Positions 1-8,627 of a stretch of 41,744 nucleotides of DNA are shown piece by piece. Below the pieces are notes generated by a model. It saw only the letters and a list, made by a program, of their open reading frames with translations, had not been told where the DNA came from and made no database searches. Origin of the DNA: a virus (Duplodnaviria; Heunggongvirae; Uroviricota; Caudoviricetes); IMG/VR virus record IMGVR_UViG_3300031963_006119, one strand, 5' to 3'. A program made the translations under genes and the position numbers. Each line of letters begins with the position of its first letter. Position 1 is the first letter of the stretch.

Positions 1-3000
1 ATCATTACTTAGAAAATCCAACCAAAGTTAAAAACACAGGCACGTCTGTTGTAAACCCAGGAAAATTTTCAACAGCCTCAAACATTCTTCAAGAAAATAA
101 AAAGTTTATACAAGAAGAAGTAATTGCGTATATCAATCAAAACTTCCAAGATTTGCTCTACGACAAAATTCAGTTTGCTAGCGACTTTGGAGAAATACTT
201 GACGGCATTACCTATGACATAGTATTAGGTACAAATTACAATCAAGTACTAGAAGGATTAAAATTTTCTCGTGCAGGCAGTATATACAGAGATTCATATC
301 TAAGAGAACTTTGGGTAGATGCATTAATTAGAGCTAGAAATCTTGTTTCAGCATTACCAGCAGTTATTAGTAGTGCAACTGCAACTACTAGATCAAACAC
401 AGCGTTTAATGAAATAATTGATATTATTCAAAACGGTGTTGTTAGTACTGAGACTGCGGCAAATGCATTAACATTTAGTCCTATTGACAGTACCTTACAA
501 GATCAAATTGATGCAAAGAATCAATTGCAGGCAAATAGAAACTTCATTGCTGCTGAGATTACTGCATACATAGCTGTAAACTTTCCTAGGTTAGAATACA
601 ATTCAACTAAGTGTGCAAGGGATGTTAAGTATATAGTTGATGCATTAAGCTATGATGTGATGTATGGAGGTAACTTTGCTACTAGACAATCTGCAATTAG
701 TTACTTTGTTAATGCAGTAAGTCAGTTAGGATTAAATCAAAGATCTTTTACTGTTGATGCGTACGAGCATTTGTCAGGAGTAGTAGCAGACATAGTTCGT
801 GGTATTGCTATAGTACCAACTTCAGGAAATGTATTGTCACAGACTGGCGTAGGATCTAACCCAGCTAGTACAACAGAATCAACAATAGTAACTAATTTAG
901 TTAATATTATTAAAAATCAAATTAATAATAATAATTTGCTAACATTGCCTAGCGCCGTGTATCCTTCATTAACAAGTGCAAACGTAACCTTACTTGATGT
1001 AAAAACTGCAATCAACGGCAGTACTAATACTATTGTTTCTGATGTAATCAGTACACTTGATGGTATTGCTGTATACTCATACAATCAGGCAAAGTGTCGT
1101 CGAGACGTTGGATTAATCGTTAATGCACTAGCAGATGATTTAAAGCTAGGCGGTGATGAGTTTTCTACAGAAGTACAAGGAGAATATTTTAGAAGCTATA
1201 TTCAAAAGTATAATAACGACGGATTTGGTGGACAAGAAAATGTTACCAAAGGCGCTATTAGATATATTTCAGAAATTGCTGCTAGACTATTTGACGGTGC
1301 ATACGATGCCGGCGCTATCCAACAAAATCCTCTAGCTGTTAATTATGTTGCTCCTGACTTTGAATATGGAGTAGCAGAAAATGATACAGATAATATAATA
1401 AGCAATTTAATTGAAAAGATTGTTTTTGTTTTTGATCCTAGATATAATCCTCCAAAACGAAATGACGAAGTAGATGTGTTTTTAATGAACGATGCTACAA
1501 TTTTACGTAACATGACAGTTCAGGGGCACGGCGGATTTATGTGTACTCTTGATCCAGACGGTCAAATATTAACTAAGTCACCTTACATACAGACAGGATC
1601 TTCATTCTCACAAACATTAAATCGCAAACGTTTTGCTGGCGGTATGTTTGTTGATGCATATGTAGGTAACTTACCAGCTGAGATAACTGGAAAAATTAAT
1701 GCGTTTACTCTTACAATTCGCAGCGAAGAAACTCAAGGTCTAAGAATTCGACCACCCCAGTTACCATGTCCATTCTACATAGAAGGCAGACGCTATCAAG
1801 TTAATGCAATTTCTGATTATGACCAAGCACAAGGTACTGCAACTATCTATCTAGATGCTACATCTAACGCAGGTGTTGGATATCTAGAAAGTCAATTTGA
1901 AGAAGACACTGGACAAGTAGAACGTCCGTTATATTTACAAACTGCTGGTAATCGTTCGATGCTGGGCAATGACTTTACACAGATTAATGACCTTGGTTAC
2001 GGCTTAGTAACTAACAATGGCGCATTCTCTGAAATGGTGTCAATGTTTACCTATTATTGTCAAGCAGCCTACTATGCTAAGAACGGATCAGAAATTCGTT
2101 CACTAAACGGTTCTAACGGTTATGGTAACTTTGGTCTTGTGTCAGAAGGCGCAGATCCTAACGAAATTCCTGATCAGGTTACATTAGAATTTCCTATGAC
2201 TGCTCCAGCTAGAACGCTTCGATTCCCTCAAGGAGTTGACAATCTCGGTGCACCTACTAATTTTACAAACGTAGAAGCAGCAAATAGCATAGTAGTAACA
2301 GATGTACCATATGCTCCACTAACTGGTTCTGTGGTTACAATTAATCACGGCGGTACAGTAGGAACCTTACAGTATAACGTTTCTGTTGTTAGGTATTTAG
2401 GAGACGGTAATCAATCTGGAGACGTAGTTCTAACAGGTATACAATCTGTTAGTTCTGTAGCTGGTAATGCTTCTAGAACTCCTGGAACATATACTGGCAA
2501 AGTAGGTACTGGTGGTACACCTACTGTACAAGCAACATATACTATAGTAATAGTGCCTGGCGGAGCAACTACAGTAACCGTTGAAGGCTGTGGTGAAGGA
2601 TATGCTATTGGTAATACTATTACTATTGCTAATACACAGTTTGGAGGTACAGGAACTGCAATTACATTTACGGTTGCATCAATTTACGGCAACGACGGTG
2701 TAACAGCATTACCTGCTAGTGTATATAATAATAAGGTATATAGATTACAAATAAGCGGACAACCTAACGGTACTAACGGAGATTTCTACTCAGCAATTAA
2801 GGCTGATGTAGCCAACGGAGTACTAGTTGAATATCGTAACGGCGGAACTCATATATTTGACAGCGTTAAGGATACTTCAAGATTAGTTACTAGACCAAGT
2901 ACAGCTATTAACTTTGACGAGAGTGACAATGTTACTTACAGAAGTATTGGTTTCAGTGCATTTAATTCACTAGGTTTACCTTTAGACAGTAATTCTATTC

Positions 3001-6000
3001 AGACAACTTTTGAAGTTAGTTACGATCATATTGAGTTGTACGTTGAAGCAGCGAACGTTACCAGTACAACTGGTGGAACTATTGGTAATACACAAATTAA
3101 AATTAATCCAGATAAAGAAGGATTCGGATTACTTGCAGATGAACTTGCAAGAATTACTAGAGACGTTGCTGGTAGATTGCCTGGAGCTCCAGGCTATAGT
3201 GGTGGTATGGTGTTTACATGGGCAGGTAGAACACATCAAATTATAAATTATACCCCAGTTGATACAGACGAAGCTATACTTACTATAAGCAGTACAAACA
3301 TACATAATCTTGCAGGCGCAGGCACAGGCATTGCTGAAGCGTTTACTACCGATAAAGTATTACGTGCTGGTTTGCCTGTAGGCAGTACTGCTGAGATAAC
3401 TATTGCTATTTCATTGTGCCGCGCTACAGGTCACGATTTTACACAAATTGGTACTGGTGGATTTAATACATCTAACTATCCTAATGTAATTTTAGGTGAT
3501 CCATTAGGCTCTCTTGCACCTGCTTATGTAGATTCTCCTAATGCCACATCAGGACAAGTTTACGAAAAACGAAAAGGTCGTGTATTTTGGATGAGTACTG
3601 ACCAATTTGGATTCTTCCGAGTTGGTAAGTTCTTTGAAGTTGATCAAGGCCAGGGTAGTATTAAGTTCTCAGGTGACATTGGTATTACTGGTGCAACAGC
3701 ATTAGGATTTAAGAAAGGTGTTACTATTGATGAATTCTCCATTGACGATACAATGGCAGATGAGTCAGATACAAAAGTACCTGTTGAAAAGGCTATCGTT
3801 AGTTACATTAACAGACGATTAGGCAGAGATAGAAATGACACTAACATATCTAACAAAATTGGTCCAGGATTCTTACCGCTAAGTGGTACCGCAGAAATGC
3901 AAGGAAACTTGCTGATGGGTAACCAAAAAATTACTAACTTAGGTGATCCAGGAGTTGATCCTACCGCGGCTGTTAATAAAGCCTACGTTGACGATGCGGT
4001 ATCTAGTTTTGATACCTTAGAAGATCAACGAAACATTAGCTTCAACAGAATTGAATCTGGTGATATTTTAGTTGGTACTGGTTTGAAAAAGATATTTGTA
4101 ACACCTCCAAGCGGTGGTGTTTTTGTTGCTGGTGATACTATTACAGATATTTCTGCAAGTAAATCTGGAACAGTAGTTGATGTACAAGAAGTTACAGACG
4201 AAATTTTAGGTTCTGCGCCAGGGTACGATCTAACTATAATTACATACCTACCAGTAACTAATTCTTTTAACCTAGGTGAAGACGTTGTTAAGGGTGCTAT
4301 TTCAGCTAACATAGTAGACGGTCCTATTGATGAAGTTGCTAATGCAAGAGAATCAACCAACAGCGTTATTAATATAACTGTATCAAGAACAGCGGCAGTA
4401 TATCAAGACGGTTTAACTGTTCCAATCGCACAACTTAATCTTCAAATAGAAAATGATTCAATAGTTAATGCTGACATTAATGCTAATGCAAGTATTCAGC
4501 AAAGTAAACTATTAATGGAAAGAGCAAGACCATTATCAGCTAGTACTGGTTTATATGGTGTGAACAATGCAGTTGGACAAACTGACAGAGGTTTATCAGC
4601 ATACGATGCTAAAAACTTTACAGAAGAGCTGCAAGTAACATTGGCAAATTCTGTCTCTGCTAATGCTGGAGATATATTATACCAAGGAACTTCAAAAGGT
4701 GTAGTAGTAAACACGATTGTTAATAACACTACTGTAATAATTAAAACTTCGGACACTTGGGCTACTAGTCCAACTGTATTAACCAAAGCAATATTCACTA
4801 ACGGTATAGAACAAACTCCTACTACATTAACTGGGGTCAATGTAACAGCCGTTAATCGTAGTGCATATATAGGTTTAAAAGAAAGAAGTATTGGACTTGA
4901 TAAACACGAACCAATTTCAACTGATACTGTATTGGGAAGATTTACTCCTGGAACAGGAGCAGTTGAACTAGTACCATTTGATACCATTGTTGATCAAGGC
5001 TTCGCTGTTCAGGATAAAGATTTTACAAACAGTGAAATTACTCAACTAACAGGTCAGCGACTTGTGTTTACTAGTGAACTAAGCGTAGCAGATGGCGCTT
5101 CTGTAACACAAGCAGGTAGCGGTGCAACTGGTACTGTACAAGGACAAACATTTAGTGAAACATCATTTATTGTTGTAAACATTACTGGTGCGTTCAACAA
5201 CAGTGGCATTGTAACTGTTGGCGGAGTAGCAGTAGGAATTCCTACTCCGGCATCAATAAGTCTTGCTGGTAAAGCAATGGTACAGATAGCCGACGGCATT
5301 TATGGAACTACTAGTATATCAACAGGTTCATCTAACAATAGTATTGTAAGAAGAACTGGTGATGGTAAAATACAAGCTGAAGCATTTATTATTGGCGGTA
5401 CGCCAAGTCAAGAAATACTAAGTCAAAGTGGCGGTGTATTATCATTTAAAACTCCTGTGCAAGGCGTTATATTAACAGCCGCAGGCGGTAGTGGCGGTGG
5501 AAGTCCTACATATCCAGTTGTTCAAATGCCGGGTTCATTAAACGTTGGAGTTGAACTGTTTAGTGGATTAGTTAACACCACACAAGGAACTGCACAATCT
5601 AACATTGCTGGACTAACTGGAAAAGGCTTTGTAAGTGCTCCGTGGATGTACAGTAACTTTATCCAAGCATTAGATAATAAAGGAACAGCAAACACTACAG
5701 GCATTTCTCTTGGTGCTACATCTGGATTTACAAGTTCTGCACTCAGCACACTAGTATTGGTTGCAAACGGTTCAGAAGCTATCAAAGTTAACAGTACAGA
5801 GTCTCAGTTCTTTGGTAATGTAAAAGTTTCCAGTGGAGGCCTAGATAGATTTGTTATTACAGCATCTAGTGGAAACACTGCTGTTGGAGGCACTCTAGGT
5901 GTTGGTGGAAACTTTGCAGTAGCTACTACTAAATTTACTGTAGCAAGTGCTAGTGGTGATACAGCAATTGCAGGTAATCTAAGTGTTACAGGCACCTTGG

Positions 6001-6593
6001 GTATAACTAGTAACACAACATTAACAGGAAATCTAACTGTTAATGGTAACACTATTATTGGTGATGCTAATACTGATACTGTGACTTTTACTGCTAGGGC
6101 TGCAAGTGATCTTGTACCAAGTACTAATAATGCAAACAATCTAGGAAGCGGTTTATTAAAATGGAATACTGTATATGCTACTACATTTGACGGTACTGCA
6201 TTAACTGCTCGTTATGCTGACTTAGCTGAAAACTATCAAGCAGATGCTGCATACGAACCAGGCACTGTGCTGATATTTGGCGGTGATGCTGAAGTTACTA
6301 TAACTACCATTAAAGACGATCATAGAGTAGCAGGTATTGTTTCTACAAATCCAGCATATCTAATGAACAGCAATCTACAAGGAGCCAATGTTGTTTCAGT
6401 GGCACTGCAAGGCCGAGTACCATGCAAAGTGTTAGGTAAGGTAAGAAAAGGTGACTTGTTAGTTTCTAGTGCAATTCCTGGATATGCTATGGTTGGACAG
6501 ACACCAGCAGTTGGTACTGTAATAGGTAAGGCTCTTGAAAATAAAGACAGTGAAGGTAAAGGTATTATTGAAGCTGTAGTAGGAAGAGTATAA
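1..6593 (+). CDS. Giant virion structural/tail-fibre protein, 5'-truncated (>2190 aa); helical repeats, probable beta-helix, C-terminal chaperone-like domain
   Basis: Frame is open from base 3 (HYLENPTKV...), so the real start lies upstream of the window. Repeated 'F(I)xxE(V/I)xAYIxxNF..Y...KCxRDVxxIVxAL' units; 'MQGNLLMGNQKITNLGDP..AVNKAYVD' fibre motif; C-terminal 'ARYADLAENY...VAGIVSTNPAYLMN...VALQGRVPCKV' typical of phage fibre ends. Confidence 0.8.
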   Translation, partial: HYLENPTKVKNTGTSVVNPGKFSTASNILQENKKFIQEEVIAYINQNFQDLLYDKIQFASDFGEILDGITYDIVLGTNYNQVLEGLKFSRAGSIYRDSYLRELWVDALIRARNLVSALPAVISSATATTRSNTAFNEIIDIIQNGVVSTETAANALTFSPIDSTLQDQIDAKNQLQANRNFIAAEITAYIAVNFPRLEYNSTKCARDVKYIVDALSYDVMYGGNFATRQSAISYFVNAVSQLGLNQRSFTVDAYEHLSGVVADIVRGIAIVPTSGNVLSQTGVGSNPASTTESTIVTNLVNIIKNQINNNNLLTLPSAVYPSLTSANVTLLDVKTAINGSTNTIVSDVISTLDGIAVYSYNQAKCRRDVGLIVNALADDLKLGGDEFSTEVQGEYFRSYIQKYNNDGFGGQENVTKGAIRYISEIAARLFDGAYDAGAIQQNPLAVNYVAPDFEYGVAENDTDNIISNLIEKIVFVFDPRYNPPKRNDEVDVFLMNDATILRNMTVQGHGGFMCTLDPDGQILTKSPYIQTGSSFSQTLNRKRFAGGMFVDAYVGNLPAEITGKINAFTLTIRSEETQGLRIRPPQLPCPFYIEGRRYQVNAISDYDQAQGTATIYLDATSNAGVGYLESQFEEDTGQVERPLYLQTAGNRSMLGNDFTQINDLGYGLVTNNGAFSEMVSMFTYYCQAAYYAKNGSEIRSLNGSNGYGNFGLVSEGADPNEIPDQVTLEFPMTAPARTLRFPQGVDNLGAPTNFTNVEAANSIVVTDVPYAPLTGSVVTINHGGTVGTLQYNVSVVRYLGDGNQSGDVVLTGIQSVSSVAGNASRTPGTYTGKVGTGGTPTVQATYTIVIVPGGATTVTVEGCGEGYAIGNTITIANTQFGGTGTAITFTVASIYGNDGVTALPASVYNNKVYRLQISGQPNGTNGDFYSAIKADVANGVLVEYRNGGTHIFDSVKDTSRLVTRPSTAINFDESDNVTYRSIGFSAFNSLGLPLDSNSIQTTFEVSYDHIELYVEAANVTSTTGGTIGNTQIKINPDKEGFGLLADELARITRDVAGRLPGAPGYSGGMVFTWAGRTHQIINYTPVDTDEAILTISSTNIHNLAGAGTGIAEAFTTDKVLRAGLPVGSTAEITIAISLCRATGHDFTQIGTGGFNTSNYPNVILGDPLGSLAPAYVDSPNATSGQVYEKRKGRVFWMSTDQFGFFRVGKFFEVDQGQGSIKFSGDIGITGATALGFKKGVTIDEFSIDDTMADESDTKVPVEKAIVSYINRRLGRDRNDTNISNKIGPGFLPLSGTAEMQGNLLMGNQKITNLGDPGVDPTAAVNKAYVDDAVSSFDTLEDQRNISFNRIESGDILVGTGLKKIFVTPPSGGVFVAGDTITDISASKSGTVVDVQEVTDEILGSAPGYDLTIITYLPVTNSFNLGEDVVKGAISANIVDGPIDEVANARESTNSVINITVSRTAAVYQDGLTVPIAQLNLQIENDSIVNADINANASIQQSKLLMERARPLSASTGLYGVNNAVGQTDRGLSAYDAKNFTEELQVTLANSVSANAGDILYQGTSKGVVVNTIVNNTTVIIKTSDTWATSPTVLTKAIFTNGIEQTPTTLTGVNVTAVNRSAYIGLKERSIGLDKHEPISTDTVLGRFTPGTGAVELVPFDTIVDQGFAVQDKDFTNSEITQLTGQRLVFTSELSVADGASVTQAGSGATGTVQGQTFSETSFIVVNITGAFNNSGIVTVGGVAVGIPTPASISLAGKAMVQIADGIYGTTSISTGSSNNSIVRRTGDGKIQAEAFIIGGTPSQEILSQSGGVLSFKTPVQGVILTAAGGSGGGSPTYPVVQMPGSLNVGVELFSGLVNTTQGTAQSNIAGLTGKGFVSAPWMYSNFIQALDNKGTANTTGISLGATSGFTSSALSTLVLVANGSEAIKVNSTESQFFGNVKVSSGGLDRFVITASSGNTAVGGTLGVGGNFAVATTKFTVASASGDTAIAGNLSVTGTLGITSNTTLTGNLTVNGNTIIGDANTDTVTFTARAASDLVPSTNNANNLGSGLLKWNTVYATTFDGTALTARYADLAENYQADAAYEPGTVLIFGGDAEVTITTIKDDHRVAGIVSTNPAYLMNSNLQGANVVSVALQGRVPCKVLGKVRKGDLLVSSAIPGYAMVGQTPAVGTVIGKALENKDSEGKGIIEAVVGRV

Positions 6594-6600
6594 TGACCGA

Positions 6601-6606
6601 TAAATA
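6601..6606 (+). promoter_or_regulatory. T4-like late promoter core (CGA-TAAATA)
   Basis: TAAATA in the short intergenic gap before 6627; the same hexamer recurs upstream of most structural genes and resembles T4 late TATAAATA. Confidence 0.6.
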
Positions 6607-6626
6607 TAATGTAACAGGACAAAAAA

Positions 6627-7877
6627 ATGGCTAATAAGTTTCCCTTAATATTTGACACCACTGACGGCAACAAGATTAAAGAGTTACCCAGCGGTGATAA
6701 TTTAAATCTTCAAGGCAGTAGTATTGTTGACGTTGTTAATGTTAATGCTTCGGGCACTTTGCAAGCAAATACTTTGTCAGTGCAGTCTATAAGCGTAGGT
6801 GGAAGCAATCTCGCTAGTGTAGCGTTATCTGGAAATTATAATTCACTAATTAATAAACCTAATATTTTTAGTGGTGACTATAACGATCTTAATAATCGTC
6901 CAGTAATTTTCTCTGGCAGTTATATTGATTTAACTAACAAGCCTGTAATACCTACCGCAGTGTCACAACTAACTAACGATGCAGGATATGTTACAAGTGT
7001 TACAGCTACCGTTCCTGCTTCAAATGTAGTTGGACTAGCTGATGTAGCTGTTACAAATGATTATAATGATTTAGATAACTTACCAGATGTAATTCTTAGA
7101 AGCGAATTTACAAGCGGTGCATTAACTATTGATGTTACTAACACTGGTAATTTGACAGGTAGTGTGTTTTCAGATTCGAATGTTTTATTAGTGGATCACA
7201 TAAATTCTATCATTCCAGCTAGTGTGCTATCTGGGACTGCCGGCATAGATATTAACAGTGTTGGAAATAGTGCATTTAATCAAATGAGTGCAGTAAGACT
7301 TTCAGTGGCACTTGCAACATTCGAAGATATTAAACTAGAAGGAAACTTAACAGCTGACGATTCTAGTTTAATTATAGACGGAACTACTAAACGAATTTTT
7401 GGTAGTTTCAACGGCCCGTTAGATGGTAATATTAATAGAGCAGGTTCAGAATTATTAGTAACTGCTGTAGGAGGCATTACATTATCCCCAGCGGGAGTAT
7501 TAAACGTACCCAATGCTACGGATATCTCATTGAGTGGTACTGGTGATATGCAACTATCAGGTTCTACCGAAATTGGTATTCAAAGTAGTGCTGGGCCAGT
7601 TCAAGTTACTTCATTTACTGAAACTGACATATCATCAACTAGTTCATTTGTTCGATTAAAAGCGCAAACTAATTTGACGCTAGAAGGTAATACAATAATT
7701 TTTAAACCTTTGAAAGCAAAGCCTACAACAAGGTTTGGGGCGGTTGGCGACACAGCAGGAGAAATTCGCATAGACAGTAGTACTGGATTTACATACATTT
7801 ATTATTGTGTTAAAGATTACACTGATGGAATTGATGGTATTTGGACAAGAACAATTATGGATACTTTCTGGCCATGA
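6627..7877 (+). CDS. Tail-fibre-like structural protein
   Basis: Repeated 'SG(N/D/S)YxxLxN(K/R)P' motifs (SGNYNSLINKP, SGDYNDLNNRP, SGSYIDLTNKP, TNDYNDLDNLP) common in phage fibres; C-terminal 'G..GEIR.D...YIYYC'. Confidence 0.7.
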   Translation: MANKFPLIFDTTDGNKIKELPSGDNLNLQGSSIVDVVNVNASGTLQANTLSVQSISVGGSNLASVALSGNYNSLINKPNIFSGDYNDLNNRPVIFSGSYIDLTNKPVIPTAVSQLTNDAGYVTSVTATVPASNVVGLADVAVTNDYNDLDNLPDVILRSEFTSGALTIDVTNTGNLTGSVFSDSNVLLVDHINSIIPASVLSGTAGIDINSVGNSAFNQMSAVRLSVALATFEDIKLEGNLTADDSSLIIDGTTKRIFGSFNGPLDGNINRAGSELLVTAVGGITLSPAGVLNVPNATDISLSGTGDMQLSGSTEIGIQSSAGPVQVTSFTETDISSTSSFVRLKAQTNLTLEGNTIIFKPLKAKPTTRFGAVGDTAGEIRIDSSTGFTYIYYCVKDYTDGIDGIWTRTIMDTFWP

Positions 7878-7890
7878 TAAGGAATTTAAA

Positions 7891-8586
7891 ATGACTATAA
7901 ATTATATTGATGTAGGTATTGTTGCTAACGATGGCACCGGTGATGATCTCCGTGAGGCATTTATAAAAGTTAACGATAACTTTCAAGAACTAGATTTAAG
8001 AATTGTTGAAGAAACTGTTATAGACAATGCAGGAGTTTTAGGTGTAGGTATATATGCTGGAAAAATTGATGGAGAAAATATATTTAAACGTCTCCTGGCT
8101 GGCTCTAATATAAACTTAAATCAAAACGCTAACACTATTACAATCAATGCTAATGACAGCTTAGACCAATTAATTGTTGTATCAGACAGTGGTACTGTTA
8201 CGATTTCAAGAGGACAAACACTATCAATACAAGGTGGCCAAGGAATTAACACTAGAGTTAATGGTCAGCAGCTGATAGTTGACCTAGACAATAATGGAAT
8301 TCTAGTTAAAGATTTAACTCCTACCCTAGCTGGTAACTTAAATGCTAACAACAAGAACATACAGAATGCCAACACAATTTCTGCAACTACATTCAGCGGA
8401 GAATTACAAGGCAACGTATACGGATTTGATGTTCGAGATTTTGGTCCTTACTTAACTGGTTTTGACTTTGGTGAATTTAGAGCAGTTTATACTAATTCGC
8501 TTCAATTTATTATGCGTAAAGTAGACGTTGACTTTGGTCCTTTTGACCCACCTAGCGGAGATACTGTAGACCTGGGTGGTTTTTGA
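7891..8586 (+). CDS. Baseplate/fibre-attachment structural protein
   Basis: Start moved to ATG 7891 (AAGGA upstream, no overlap with the previous gene). N-terminal 'IDVGIVANDGTGDDLREAFIKVNDNFQEL' matches the T4 gp9/gp10-type baseplate N-terminal motif. Confidence 0.7.
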   Translation: MTINYIDVGIVANDGTGDDLREAFIKVNDNFQELDLRIVEETVIDNAGVLGVGIYAGKIDGENIFKRLLAGSNINLNQNANTITINANDSLDQLIVVSDSGTVTISRGQTLSIQGGQGINTRVNGQQLIVDLDNNGILVKDLTPTLAGNLNANNKNIQNANTISATTFSGELQGNVYGFDVRDFGPYLTGFDFGEFRAVYTNSLQFIMRKVDVDFGPFDPPSGDTVDLGGF

Positions 8587-8601
8587 ATCCGTTGTTTCCG
8601 A

Positions 8602-8607
8602 TAAATA
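8602..8607 (+). promoter_or_regulatory. Late promoter core (CGA-TAAATA)
   Basis: CGATAAATA, identical to the motif at 6598-6606, just upstream of 8628. Confidence 0.6.
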
Positions 8608-8627
8608 CGCTATATAGGATATAAAAT

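Noticed and set aside
4025-6673. Stack of long minus-strand ORFs opposite the giant fibre (also opposite clpA and the 30458 fibre)
   Set aside because: Shadow ORFs from Gly/Thr/Val/Ser-rich, biased coding on the plus strand; no SD, promoter or recognisable motifs.
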